A stretch of DNA of 64,000 nt from Eledone cirrhosa (lineage: Eukaryota): positions 340,380,001-340,444,000 of the forward strand of contig OZ024743.1 of NCBI GenBank assembly GCA_964016885.1, written 5' to 3'. The translations under genes were made by a program, and so were the position numbers. The first letter of the stretch is position 1. Every line of letters starts with the position of its first letter. The notes beneath the pieces were generated by a model. The model did not search any database, was not told the origin of the DNA, and saw only the letters and a list, made by a program, of their open reading frames with translations. Shown piece after piece: positions 40,101 through 52,990 of this stretch.

Positions 40101-40598
40101 CAGTGCTACCGAGGGGCTTTACCCGTTCGAGAAAGGCTCTACAGACACGGGCGCCCGGGTAGGGACCCCGCCAAAAAGATCTGTCCCAGATGCGTGTGCG
40201 ACGAGGAAACCGTTGCACACGCATTAGTACACTGCTCGGGCGTAGCCGATCTGTGGGGCTATGTCGAACAACTGCTGTCAAGGGTGGGACCGATCCGGTT
40301 GACCACCGAGTCTATTGTAATGATCAAGCCGCCTCCCCCCTTCAAAGATGAAGCAGAGGCGGTGTTTCTGTGCGTAATAGCCATGGCGAAAGAGGTTGTA
40401 TGGTGGACGCGTCTGAAAGGACTGAGGTCGGGCACCTTTCTCTCTGGCCAACAACTGGTCCGTTTCTTCCGATATCATTTCCGAAGAAGGATCAGGATGG
40501 AGAGAGAGGTGCTGCACCCCAGCCGTTTCTATGAAAGATGGGTGAAAGTGGCGAGAATGGCCCGTGTGAATGGGCCTTCACTCTACATCAGACTATAG
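37161..40598 (+). CDS. Tx1 ORF2: APE endonuclease, RT, C-terminal CCHC
   Basis: NARG, GDWN, YLDRF, SDH (APE); KSPGLDG, DQSKAFDRV, RQGCPLS, YADD (RT); CPRC..ETVAHALVHC; open for ~1150 aa (first ATG at 37161). Confidence 0.92.
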   Translation: MAMLRVGCLNARGLGSTWKQAMLLNDLRSQRIDVMVTCEARISNVRQLAPTFDDFEMHASLCQPGGGGGVVVLLQKHLGLATQMVHLDPEGRLVVLDLGSGKGGAFRLVAAYGPFGSMRPDFFHRLETFLGTSRSLLLVGDWNGILDARWDYVGACPDREGCNSLKGLIGRFDLADRYRLDFPTAPTWTWANRSGSSRSYLDRFLVRIKDKDFLSCPKMRIVGYSDHKLVTCMVNLDRTHRQGPGYWKLNLSLPASRGYRNRISTLVKERLTGAIVNSRWWVSLKREIRVVSIEFSKVLAADRNRKERELIDRVEEAIRSGDVARVLASRTALSQFFDAKHEGCVVRSKIRALGNEGAKAVSWARVTEANSGTKSTIRSLRDLDGRAILEPKQMCEAFQRHFARLFGRGGEPVGNVDFGPYLDGLPRLSDREAKSCEEPISAAEIEDVLSQCGKRKSPGLDGLPYELYLAMPDLFPDLLEAVYCNWQQNGRIPCTVTKGVVTLVRKDENKGDEISNFRPITLLNTELQILAKVLAKRLALVVGNLVGDAQTCAIPSRSIHDNLHLMRYIIERVGNEPGFGGALINLDQSKAFDRVDHGYLDAVLAAAGFGPVFRGWITAMHSSRICSRVKVNGYLSEPFKIARSIRQGCPLSSLLYVLTLEPLLRKLELLQGIPLEPGLRKAVSAYADDVTVMVSTASEIEAVGTLLEEYEKFTGAKLNRDKSIGLQLGTWRGRPMPSDSVVGRWTEGPVKLLGVWFGPDLQVEKNWAEVTNRVFALTQKWASCKLSLKGRAEVANTYIASVIYYRLTVVPCPRETLTKMERALFQFLWKRRAPMVRRSICCQHPSKGGLGMPWLMMRKHALRLRHLYVFLTGQPVWASFVRRTFPRLVSLTELQSWVKQRPRKLGAWHTECAQALTALWQADPVISGDSTATFYRGLVRSRCDDALGEALDMEEDELASLFGRTFSPGPMDNFQKSLAWQCYRGALPVRERLYRHGRPGRDPAKKICPRCVCDEETVAHALVHCSGVADLWGYVEQLLSRVGPIRLTTESIVMIKPPPPFKDEAEAVFLCVIAMAKEVVWWTRLKGLRSGTFLSGQQLVRFFRYHFRRRIRMEREVLHPSRFYERWVKVARMARVNGPSLYIRL

Positions 40599-40944
40599 GT
40601 GAGGAAGATGAAAGACCAAGGGAGCACCCCTTCTCTGTGCTCCTGAGGAGAAGGGTTGCACACTTTTTTCGGGGGTGTGTGCGACCCCCCAAGGCGCCTC
40701 CTCTCTATTGAGGATTTTGTTAAAAATTTTATTTTTTGTTATATCTTATTTTATTTTTATATTTTGTTATTGCCTTCTCCTTATTGAGGACGCCTTTTTG
40801 TGTAAACTCCCCCCTTTGTACTTGTCCCACTTTTGATGCCCTAGTGGCAAATAAAAGAAATATATCTATCTATCTATCTATCTATCTATCTACCTATCTA
40901 TCTATCTATCTCTCTATCTATCTATCTATCTATTTATCTATCTC

Positions 40945-43900
40945 TCTCTTTACGATGGACACATGTGCTGAGCTCGCTCGGTAAGTTTTTGTTTAAATTC
41001 ATACGGAAATTGCAAACTGTAAACTTTCATTTTTGTACCATTTTGTAGAGGGACTGCCAGGTCAAATTTTGATCTGGTCGGTCTCTCAAAATATTCTGCG
41101 CCTTTGGGCGAAATAGTATTGTGAACATTTTATCTTTCGAAAAACTTCGAAAAACCCTATTTTGAGAAAAATGGCTGAAGCATCTTCACCATCAATCAAA
41201 GAAGGAAAGGGGAAGTCATACTCACAGCTTCCCCCTGCCACTGTCACAGCAGCAGATGCCAAAGGCAGAGGTCAGAGAGAGGAAGAATTGTCTTCACCTG
41301 TTGACCGACCACTAGATGTAGCCACAACTACACAAGAATTTGAAAACAACAACAACAACAACGACAACAACAGCAACAATAAAGACAACAAAAACAACAA
41401 CAACACAAACGTCACAAGTATCTACACACCAAACGAGAAAGACAACAACAACAACAAAGATGAAAACAACTCAAACGACGAGAAACAAAATAATAGTAAA
41501 ATCCAAAGCGAAAACAAAATATCTTTTGCACAAACGGCTAAATTATCAGTCGCGTATGTGCTTGAAGATATTTCAAAAGCAAAAGAAATGCTGGAAAAAG
41601 CCAAGAAATATGTATCTTTTGGCGAAAACGGTTCGTTTTCTATACATTCACCTCCAGAACTAAAAAAACAGACGGAATTACGAACTGTCGTATTCCGAAC
41701 AATTTTAAATAAAATAAAGAAACCAACGCAACCATCTCAAGCCGAAATTCAGTTAGTCTTGAAAGACGCGATGAGAGACATCACTTTTATACAAAAGGAT
41801 AAACTCTATGGGAGTTTATCCATATTGATGAAAGACGAATTGGCGGCGAAAAAATACTCTGTGTCGCCAATTCGGTCCACACACTACACCTTCCCCACCT
41901 ACATGGGTAAAAAAACCCAGAGGATATGGATAACCACCATCACCCCAAACATAAACTACTGGTGGTTACTAACCGGCTTCCTCAATTTAGACGAGGACAA
42001 CCTCATTTCAATAGGGAAGGCATCCGGCAACGCGTTCAGTGGAACGAGCATCGAAGTTCTGACCCAAATAAGGCCAGAACGCATCGCCCAAATCCCTGAG
42101 CGCGTCATGCTGGATGACCGTACCCACCTCAACATTATTGTGGAGAGTAGGCGTCCCTCCTGTTACCTCTGTGGCAATAGAGGTCACCTGAGGGCTGCCT
42201 GTCCCCAGCTCACACAGAAAAAAACACTGCTACCAACACCAACACCGCCCCAACAACAACAACAAAAACAACCACAACAACAACAACAACAAAAACCAAC
42301 AACCCCACCACCACCACCACCACCAACAACAACAAACACGTGAAAAAATAACACAGAATACCGTCCCACGCAATCCCTCCCCACCCAAAACAAATACAAA
42401 AACACACACACCGCAAACACTACCAGAAAACATACCCCTCCCACCCAACAAGGAAGACGAACCCCTTTCGTCGCAAGACGAAAAAGATCCCTTCCAACAA
42501 GTAAAAAGAAAGAAGAGGAGACGCACCACAGACACACATGTTAATGTTAACTTTAACCCCCCCCCCCAAGAGAACACAAACTACACACAAACCACCCCTC
42601 CCTGTCACACAACACTATCTGCTACACAAAAAAAGACCTTACAATATACATACATGAACACAGACAACAAAGAATTACGGAAAACAATTTCAGCAAACCC
42701 TTCGGTCCAAACCGAAGGGCCTAACTTTAAAACTGCTGTGGGACTACCTCATTTAAAAATGATAAAAGTCCCAATGCACTTGTACAAAACACTGAAAATA
42801 AATTTCAACTGCGTCCTCCTAAAAAATTTCACCCCCCACCCTACCCAGACACCCACTCAACCACAAACACCCCAACCCCACAACACACCGATGCCCCTTC
42901 ACTTCCACAAACCACCACCCCACCCAACAACCCACCCCCAACCAGCATGGAAATTGAGCGGCCCGTTTCCCGGGACGCAGAGAGGTAAGTGCCTTTTCTC
43001 CTTACCACCAACATGGCTGTGCTAAGAGTAGGGTGTCTAAATGCGCCTGGCCTGGGCTCGTCTTGGAAGCAAGCAATGCTTCTAAATGACCTCAGGTCAC
43101 AATCTATAAATGTGATGGTTATCTGCGAGGCCCGGATCAGCAGCATGCGACAGCTAGCCCCCACCTTTGACGACTTTGAGATGCACGCATCTCTCTGTCA
43201 GCCCGGAGGTGGGGGTGGGGTTGTCGTTCTGCTGCAAAAACATATGGGCCTTGCAACACAGATAGTTCACTTGGACCCAGGGGGTCGACTGGTGGTGCTG
43301 GACCTTGGCAGTGGTGAAGGTAGAGCCTTTAGGCTGGTAGCCGCATATGCCCCTTTTGGGACTGAGCGGCCCGACTTTTTCCAGCGTCTGGAGTCTTTTC
43401 TAGGGACGTCCCGTTCCCTGCTTTTAGTGGGGGATTGGAATGGTATCCTGGATGCACGTTGGGACTATGCAGGGGCATGTCCCGATAGAGAGGGGTGCAA
43501 CAGCCTCAAGGGGTTACTCGGCCGATTTGACCTGGCCGATAGATTTCGACTAGATTTTCCGACGGTGCCAACCTGGTCTTGGTCAAATCTCAGCGGATCA
43601 TCTAGGTCGTACCTAGATAGATTTTTAGTTAGAAATAAGGACAGGGACTTTTTAAGTTGTCCAGAAATGCTCATGGTTGGCTATTCAGACCACAAGTTGG
43701 TGACCTGCATGGTCAACCTTGATAGAACGCATAGACAGGGCCCCGGTTACTGGAAGCTCAACTTGTCCTTGCCGGCAAGTAGAGCCTACAGGGATCGGAT
43801 TAGTACGTTAGTTAAGGAACGGTTGACTGGAGCGATCGTCAACAGCAGGTGGTGGGTATCTCTAAAGAGAGAGATTAGAGTAGTCTCGATAGAATTTAGT

Positions 43901-46714
43901 AAGGTTCTAGCTGCGGATAGGAATAGGAAGGAAAGGGAGCTAATAGATAGAGTAGAAGAGGCTATTAGAAGCGGCGACGTGGCCAGAGTGCTAGCGTCGA
44001 GAACGGCTTTGAGCCAGTTTTTCGACGCGAAGCACGAAGGCTGCGTTGTCCGAAGTAAAATACGTGCTCTAGGGAACGAGGGGACCAAAGCTGTTAGCTG
44101 GGCCCGCGTGACAGAGGCCAACAGTGGAACTAAATCCACCATCCAGTCTTTGCGAGACCTGGATGGACGGGCGATTCTTGAGCCTAAGCAGATGTGTGAG
44201 GCCTTTCAAAGGCACTTTGCCCGACTGTTCGGGAGGGGCGGAGAGCCGGTTGGGAACGTGGACTTCGGTCCATACCTCGACGGCCTGCCGCGCCTCTCGG
44301 ACAGGGAGGCGAAGTCCTGCGAGGAGCCGATCTCGGCCGCTGAGATAGAGGACGTGCTGAGCCAATGCGGCAAACGCAAATCCCCGGGTCTCGATGGTCT
44401 TCCTTACGAATTATATCTAGCTATGCCGGACTTGTTCCCCGATCTCCTCGAGGCGGTCTACTGCAACTGGCAACAGAACGGGAGAATTCCCTGTACTGTG
44501 ACCAAGGGCGTAGTCACGCTAGTCAGGAAGGACGAGAACAAGGGGGACGAAATAAGTAACTTCAGGCCCATAACTCTGCTAAATACAGAGTTACAGATTT
44601 TGGCCAAGGTGCTAGCAAAGAGGTTGGTGCTTGTCGTGGGCAACCTGGTGGGAGATGCGCAGACTTGTGCTATCCCGTCCAGGTCCATCCACGATAACCT
44701 CCACCTCATGCGATACATCATAGAGAGGGTTGGGAACGAACCCGGCTTTGGTGGGGCCCTGATCAACTTGGATCAATCTAAGGCATTCGATAGGGTCGAC
44801 CATGGTTACCTGGATGCGGTGCTAGCGGCGGCAGGCTTCGGACCCGTTTTCAGGGGCTGGATCACTGCCATGCACAGCAGCCACATCTGCTCTAGGGTCA
44901 AGGTGAACGGCTACCTCTCGGAGCCGTTCAAAATCGCGCGGTCCATCCGACAAGGGTGCCCTCTCTCCTCCCTTCTGTATGTGTTGACTCTCGAGCCACT
45001 ACTGCGGAAGTTGGAGTTGTTGCAGGGTATCCCTTTGGAACCGGGATTGCGGAAAGCGGTGTCGGCCTACGCCGATGACGTGACAGTAATGGTGTCGACG
45101 GCCTCTGAAATCGAGGCCGTCGGCAACTTACTGGAGGAGTACGAAAGGTTCACAGGGGCTAAGCTGAACCGGGACAAGTCGATCGGTTTGCAACTCGGCA
45201 CGTGGAGGTGCAGACTGATGCCCTCCGATGGCATCGTCGGACGCTGGACGGAGGGCCCGGTGAAGTTGCTCGGGGTCTGGTTCGGACCGGACCTCCAGGT
45301 GGAGAAAAACTGGGCGGAGGTTACGAACAGGGTGTTTGCACTGACCCAGAAGTGGGCCAGTTGCAAACTATCCCTGAAAGGTCGGGCGGAGGTGGCGAAC
45401 ACCTACATAGCGTCCGTCATCTACTACCGCCTGACCGTAGTGCCCTGCCCAAGGGAAACCCTCACCAAGATGGAGCGCGCACTCTTCCAATTCCTTTGGA
45501 AGAGGCGGGCTCCTATGGTGAGGAGATCCATCTGCTGTCAACACCCTTCGAAAGGAGGGCTGGGGATGCCGTAGCTAATGATGCGTAAACACGCATTAAG
45601 GCTACGGCACCTCTACGTATTCCTCACCGGTCAACCGGTGTGGGCCTCGTTTGTGAGACGAACCTTTCCCAGACTCGTCTCACTCACCGAGCTGCAATCC
45701 TGGGTCAAGCAAAGACCGAGAAAACTGGGCGCCTGGCACACTGAGTGTGCCCAGGCGCTCACCGCCCTCTGGCAGGCGGATCCGGTTATCAGTGGAGACT
45801 CCACCGCAACATTCTATAGAGGGCTGGTACGCAGCAGGTGCGACGACGCCCTCGGAGAAGCCCTAGACATGGAGGAGGACGAACTGGCCAGCCTGTTCGG
45901 TAGGACATTCAGCCCGGGACCTATGGACAACTTCCAGAAGTCCCTGGCCTGGCAGTGCTACCGAGGGGCTTTACCCGTTCGAGAAAGGCTCTACAGACAC
46001 GGGCGCCCGGGTAGGGACCCCGCCAAAAAGATCTGTCCCAGATGCGTGTGCGACGAGGAAACCGTTGCACACGCATTGGTACACTGCTCGGGCGTAGCCG
46101 ATCTGTGGGGCTATGTCGAACAACTGCTGTCAAGGGTGGGACCGATCCGGTTGACCACCGAGTCTATTGTAATGATCAAGCCGCCTCCCCCCTTCAAAGA
46201 TGAAGCAGAGGCGGTGTTTCTGTGCGTAATAGCCATGGCGAAAGAGGTTGTATGGTGGACGCGTCTGAAAGGACTGAGGTCAGGCACCTTTCTCTCTGGC
46301 CAACAACTGGTCCGTTTCTTCCGATATCATTTCGGAAGAAGGATCAGGATGGAGAGAGAGGTGCTCCACCCCAGTCGTTTTTATGAAAGGTAGGTGAAAG
46401 TGGCGAGAATGGCCCGTGTGAATGGGCCTTCTCTTTACATAAGCCTGTAGGTGGAAAGGAGGAAGGAACGAGGGAGCACCCCCTCTCTGTGCTCCTGAGG
46501 AAAAGGGTTGCACACTTTTTTCGGGGGTGTGTGCGAACCCCCAAGGCGCCTTCTCTCTATTGAGGATTTTGTTATAAATTTTATTTTTTGTTATATTTTA
46601 TTTTATTTTTATATTTTGTTATTGCCTCCTCCTTATTGAGGACGCCTTTTTGTGTAAACTCCCCCCTTTGTACTTGTCCCACTTTTGATGCCCTGGTGGC
46701 AAATAAAAGAAACA
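40945..46714 (+). mobile_element. Full-length Tx1-clade LINE, copy 2 (disabled), head-to-tail with copy 1
   Basis: ORF1 41162-42343 is truncated by a stop; ORF2 is broken by TAG at 45572-45574 and 46391-46393; (CTAT)n on both sides. Confidence 0.92.
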
Positions 46715-47140
46715 TATCTATCTGTCTATTCGTATGTTTATCTATTTATCTATCTACGTACTAACCTATCTATCTATCTCTATTTATTCATCTATATTTT
46801 TACATTTTCATAATAACACACACACACAAACACACAAACACACTAACACACACACTGACACACACATGCTCACATGTATATATATGTAGTTGTGTGCGTG
46901 TATTTGTACATTTACTTATTACATGGCCTATAGGAAAAATACAATGAAGACGAATCAAAATCAAACTTTGAAAAGCTACTCAAAGCGAAATTGGTTAGTA
47001 CAAAAATGAATTAGGTAATCATGATAAATATAGGTAAGTTTTCTCCTGAAAATTTACCTATATTTAAACAAGTAAACAAGTAAACAAACTATAAATGATT
47101 TTGTTTGACCTAATATACTATACATAGATTCATGTATACA

Positions 47141-47443
47141 TCGCTATTTCAGAGCACCAATCCTAATACCTAATTTTTGGTGGACCGGCAATAGCTCTGT
47201 ATTATCGGCTCCTGATTATTACTGTAATTCTACAAGAATCCAGCTTCTATAATTTTCGGAGAAAGCAGGGGAGTGCGTGGCTCTGATGAACGCCAACCAG
47301 CGTGAAACAGACTGTCAGCTTCTCTCCCGTCTTTCGCCGAAAAGAAGTAAGTGATATAGTCACTACTTTAAAACTGATAGCGTATGGTCTTCTAAATGTT
47401 TTTAATTAAACATACGGTATACTGCCAAATATACTATACATAC

Positions 47444-47445
<2 letters not shown>
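47141..47445 (+). mobile_element. Diverged member of the 958-1970 HHR family; HHR at 47279-47320
   Basis: ggct CTGATGA acgc-caacca-gcgt GAAA cagactg TC agct; ends in (TA)n. Confidence 0.82.
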
Positions 47446-47525
<80 letters not shown>

Positions 47526-47530
<5 letters not shown>

Positions 47531-48009
47531 GTAGTAACACAACAGTTAGTTCACCATACCGAGAACAAATGTTTCCCCTTGCGGACTGGGTGCTCTACTA
47601 CTACGGATATTACCCTCTAGTGTTCTACCTATAGTAATAATTGAATGAATCTTGTACTACTGGAGACGGAAGGAAGTGCGCAGAGACGCTTGTGGGCAAT
47701 CGAGCAAGGCGAGCACGTGTTAACCATTACTCTAAAGTGACGCTGGTAACTAATTATCGTCTTTTTCGAGTATCTAAGAGTGAAACTAGAAGTATAAATA
47801 ATGGTTTGTAGGTTATCGAAAGTATTATTTGCACTTCTAGCTTATCGCTTAATTCTTCTGACACATGATTCAGTCTTCAGGGGTACTTTACCCGATTTAT
47901 TAAACTATTGTTAATAGTTCTCAACTATTCTTATAATTATGTGTATTGTGGCTACTGTATTTTCAAATTTCAGATTTCAAGTGGTTCTTACATTAAATGA
48001 AATCATAAA

Positions 48010-48012
<3 letters not shown>
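47526..48012. repeat. Left arm of a long-range inverted repeat (partner 56056-56500)
   Basis: 47590-48012 is the reverse complement of 56056-56500. Confidence 0.85.
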
Positions 48013-48089
<77 letters not shown>

Positions 48090-48137
48090 TATAATAAAAT
48101 AAATAAGTCAAATGTTTAAAATTTGGCTTCGTTTATT

Positions 48138-48192
48138 ACTGCTATATATATTTCAGTGACAGCCATCTTTGGCTGTAACCTCTTCAGGCAGT
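48138..48192 (-). ncRNA. Hammerhead ribozyme in a short module ending in a perfect palindrome (48281-48320)
   Basis: actgc CTGAAGA g gttacagcca-aaga-tggctgtcac t GAAA tatata TA gcagt. Confidence 0.85.
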
Positions 48193-49391
48193 CCGAATTA
48201 GTGTGGTAGAGACGATGTTGTTGAGGTGTATAACTTTGTCAATACTCTGATATGCCCAGTTCCTGGTTGGGTTGTTATTTCACTGAGGAACTGGAATCAT
48301 ATGATTCCAGTTCCTCAGTGAAATATAGTTAGGGTATGTGTATAAATGTGTATATATTCACTCACAAAGATACATATATGTGTATGTACAAATGCATGTG
48401 TATTGTGAAAATGTGTGTGTGCGTAAGTACGTATATGAGGGCAAGAATAATAGTGTATGTGTGACCAATACGTATATAATATAAGTTGAAAATTAATGTA
48501 CATCCAGATTTAGGTATTAAATATATACACATACAAGTATGAAAGCACGCGTATAAACACATACGCGTATAAACACATATGCGGTAGATAAAAAGGGAAG
48601 TGAGTGTATTAGTCAAAAAGAGTGTCATATTTGATACATATAAAAAATGAAACAATATATGAGAAAGAAAAAAATTTTGTTTAAATCAAAGAGAAAGAAG
48701 AGGGAGGGGTTATCAATTATAAATTAATACTAGAGAAAAAGAAAACAAACATAGGTTCGCACGTACGCACATATACATATAAATATATATATATATGAAT
48801 ACGTACAGGCAAAAGCGCATGCATACGTACATACATACACACGAAGCACACATATATATACAAATATAGGCACACGTATATCTAAGCACACGTACGTACG
48901 CGACTATATATATATATATGCATACACACACATACATACATATACATATACATACATATATACACATACTTTACACATACGTTCGCCCACTTACACACAC
49001 TCGTATAAATATAGATATAAAAACACACACGCTCACACATATAGACACACACACGCACACATACGGAGGCGCATGCACACTCACACGCATAGATGCAAAT
49101 TATAGACCAGCCATATGAAAAAAAGAAATACAAATATAAAAGCGGCTGCGAAACAACAGAATATATCTGGTGTTGAAAACGCAAGTGACAAGTGATATCA
49201 GGTAGTGGAAGAAAATGGGGAAGTAAAGTGTGGAATGTGAAGATATTAGGTAAGTGAATCAAAAAGTAAGGGGGGGGGGTCACTGGTGGATGTGAAGTGA
49301 AAATAAAAATGATAATAAAGTTAAAAATGAAAGTAAATCAGAAAGAGATGTCTGTAAAGAGGATAATTTAAGTAAAATGAAGAACAAGAGT

Positions 49392-51528
49392 TTATGGAGG
49401 ATAAGTATCTGAAAGTGAGTTAAGTTTATATGAGCTGGAAAGCAAGTGTGATTTCATGTGTGGGCAACTGGTGAAAATGTCTGTTTTTGTATTTAGGCAG
49501 GTTTTTGGTGATTTAAGGTTCTGTAAAATCCAATATTTTTCACTTATGCAGAGTGTGCATCTTCTTGTTCCTCTTGCATATTCTTTAGATTGGTTCAAAA
49601 TTGACCAATCCAATTTATATTGGATACCTTGGTCTTTCAAATCCCATATTCTGCTAGCCAGAGCTGTTGTAAATCTTATTTGTGGATGTCGGAAAGATGC
49701 GACATGTGAGTAATAACGCGTTTTGAATTTGTCTTGTGTCATACCCACATATCGTTCGCTGGTGGCTGGTAGGTTGTTGCTGATGGTTGTCACTTTAGCC
49801 GCATATACAATGGCTTTGGTGTTGCATTTACCTTGTAATGGGCATTCACTTTTGATTCTACAGGAGCAATTTTGATGTTCTCTGTGTGTTTTCTTATTGA
49901 TGGTATAATATTCAATAGAGAGACCGCAGGAGTAGCTAATTTTGACACAGTTTCTATTGAAGATCTTATAGTATCTATGTGTTCTAGGGAAGTGTTTATC
50001 TAAGAGCTCTAGGAATGTTTTGCTTACATTAGTTTTAACTACTAGAGAGTAGGGTGTGTGAACCAGAATATTTTTCTTTTCCTATTATTATGTTTAAAGG
50101 AGTTAGTATTGTTAGGTGTGTACTTAATCGGTTCGCTAAATCCGATATTTTGAAGGGCTTTATTATAGTAGGGGGATGCCTTATTGAAAATAGCTTCTGA
50201 GGAAGAGAGGGTGGAGATCCTACGGCTAATATTAGGGATAATGTTTTTAAAAACTATAGGAGGATGGCAAGAGCCTTTATTTATATATTTTAAATTTTCA
50301 TTAGGTTTATGGTACGGTTTATAAGAAGCAGTAGGTATATCTAGGTTTATATCTAGAAAATTAACATTGGATAGATTAGTGTCAATAGTAATTTTAAGAT
50401 TAAACCTAACGAAGGTTTTTATTAAGTCTTTCCTTAATCTATCTAAGTTATGGCCTATGGTGGTATGGGAAAGTATTAGACCATCGTCGCGATAAAGCCC
50501 CAAAATATGGTTAGGGAATTTTTCTTTAAGTGTGTGTAGGAGGAATAGGCCGACTAAATCACAAACATCAGCACTGTCAAAAGAACCCATTGAGACATCG
50601 AATGGGTTCTCTGGGTTAGATATTTTTACCCAAGTGTCATTATTAGTAAAGAGTAGAGTGTTTCTAGCATGCAAGATGACATTCTCTTCAATATCAGAAA
50701 TATTGGTAAACTTTCTAGCGAAATTTAAGGCTTTCGCTAAAAGAGGCTGAGTAATAGACGGGTAGAAATCTACAATGTCAAATTGGGTGAATCTAGAACT
50801 ATTTTCATCTTTAATATTATTAAACCAATGTACTACGGAAGAGCTATTTATCCATTGGAGTAATTCAGACTTACTTCTAATCTGTGTGTTTATATTATTT
50901 AAGATTTTTTTGCTAGCAAGACCGATATCAGTCTTAGCAGGGTTGATTACTCTATAACTAGGACGATTAATAAAGTCAGGTTTGTGATCTTTGAGGGTGA
51001 TATAGGCATTACGTTTAGCAAGTTCTTCTGTCCTATTATCTATTTTTAAAGAACTAGCCAATTCTTTAGCTTTCTTATTTATATTATTATACGTGTTTAT
51101 ATTAGCTATTTGGTATTTAGAGATGATGTTATCTATTAAGAGTTGGTCATGTAAATTATTATTAACTTCGTATAAGTTTTTAGTTTTGTCGGAGAAAATG
51201 AACTTATTTTTAGAAGATTTGAATATTGAAATATCATTAGATAGTTTAGATTGAAAAGGGTTAGAGTACTTACGATATTTTATATTATTGATTAAATTAA
51301 GTAAGTCTAGTTCAAAAGCGGTCATATCCATTACTCTTTGCTGTATTTATGAGTTTTGATATCAAAATATTCCGTAGAGTCCGTGTTAAAGTGTCCATTT
51401 TGAATCAAAGCTTTCCATCTCATTCTTTTAACAACTTTCTCTACTTTGTCTATCAGCATTTTCGTGTAGGAAGTGTTAGAAGGTGTTGGGATATTCTTGA
51501 TAGAGTAATCCAAAGGATATTTATCCAT
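49392..51528 (-). pseudogene. Penelope RT plus GIY-YIG ORF, copy 1 (frameshifted)
   Basis: ORF pieces 51331-51528, 50042-51331, 49392-49793. Confidence 0.85.
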
Positions 51529-51748
51529 CTTCAGTATTGGTTTAAAATCCTATTGACTGAAGAGTGCTCGACTTTAAAAGGGCTGGAAGGTGCCAATCTC
51601 ATAAAAATGTAGAATATGCTACGATCATTCCCTTGGGAGCTGTATAAGTATTGAATTTTCCGTTGAAAATTGAAAATGTCATAGGAGTGAAGAGTGTTCT
51701 ATGTAAGCACCAGAGCTAAATTTAATGTATAATAAACAATACTATATA

Positions 51749-51824
51749 ATTACCTCATTACCAGACGTTTCCCGAATAAGACGAATACGAAAAAAGTCCT
51801 CATTCGTTCATCGGACAAGGCAAT
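51749..51824 (-). ncRNA. Variant-core hammerhead (CCGAUGA) in the pLTR; inverted copy at 55841-55916
   Basis: attgccttgt CCGATGA acgaatgagg..cttattcgg GAAA cgtctgg TA atgaggtaat. Confidence 0.65.
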
Positions 51825-52990
51825 TTAAAACATAGTGAAATATCTGAAAATCTCCTCAAGAAAGGCAAGAGTTTAACGGAAAAAAAAAAAATAAAGCAAG
51901 AGATATATAAAAATAAGGAAATATAGTTAGGGTATGTGTATAAATGTGTATATATTCACTCACAAATGTACATATGTGTGTATGTACAAATGCATGTGTA
52001 TAGTGAAAATGTGTGTGTGCGTAAGTACGTATATGAGGGCAAGAATAATAGTGTATGTGTGACCAATACGTATATAATATAAGTTGAAAAATAATGTACA
52101 TCCAGATTTAGGTATTAAATATATACACATGCAAGTATGAAAGCACGCGCATAAACACATACGCGAGATCATTTATATGCGGAAGATAAAAAGGGAAGGG
52201 AGTGCATTAGTCAAAAACAGTGTCATATTCGATACATATAAAAATGAAACAATATATGAGAAGGAAAAGAATTTTGTTTAAATCAAAGAGAAAGTAAGAG
52301 GGAGGGGTTTAAATTATAAATTAACACTAGAGAAAAGAAAACAAACATAGGTTCGCACGTACGCACATATACATATAAAAATATATATATGAATACGTAC
52401 AGGCAAAAGCGCATGCATACGTACATACATACACACGAAGCAGACATATATATACATATATCGGCACACGCATATCTAAGCACACGTACGTACGCGACTA
52501 TATATATACATATATGCATACACACACATACATACATATACATATACATACATATATACACATACTTTACACATACGTTCGCCCACTTACACACACTCGT
52601 ATAAATATAGATATAAAAACACACATGCTCACACATATAGACACACACACGCACACATACGGACGCGCGTGCACACTCACACGCATAGATACAAATTATA
52701 GACCAGCCATATGAAAAAAAGAAATACAAATATAAAAGCGGCTGCGAAACAACAGAATATATCTGGTGTTGAAAACGCAAGTGACAAGTGATATCAGGTA
52801 GTGGAAGAAAATGGGGAAGTAAAGTGTGGAATGTGAAGATATTAGGTAAGTGAATCAAAAAGTAAGGGGGGGGGGGAGTCACTGGTGGATGTGAAGTGAA
52901 AATAAAAATGAAAATAAAGTTAAAAATGAAAGTAAATCAGAAATAGAAGTCTGTAAAGAGGATAAGTTAAGTAAAGTGAAGAACAAGAGT

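Larger units (their letters stand above)
35133..40860 (+). mobile_element. Full-length Tx1-clade LINE, copy 1, flanked by (CTAT)n
   Basis: 5' UTR, ORF1 with CCHC knuckle, intact ORF2, 3' UTR ending aataaaagaaa then (CTAT)n. Confidence 0.92.

Noticed and set aside
36497-46544. Antisense ORFs within the Tx1 copies
   Set aside because: Shadow ORFs of GC-rich or low-complexity coding sequence
51553-51600. CTGAAGA on the plus strand near the Penelope start
   Set aside because: No GAAA/stem III/UH completing a hammerhead
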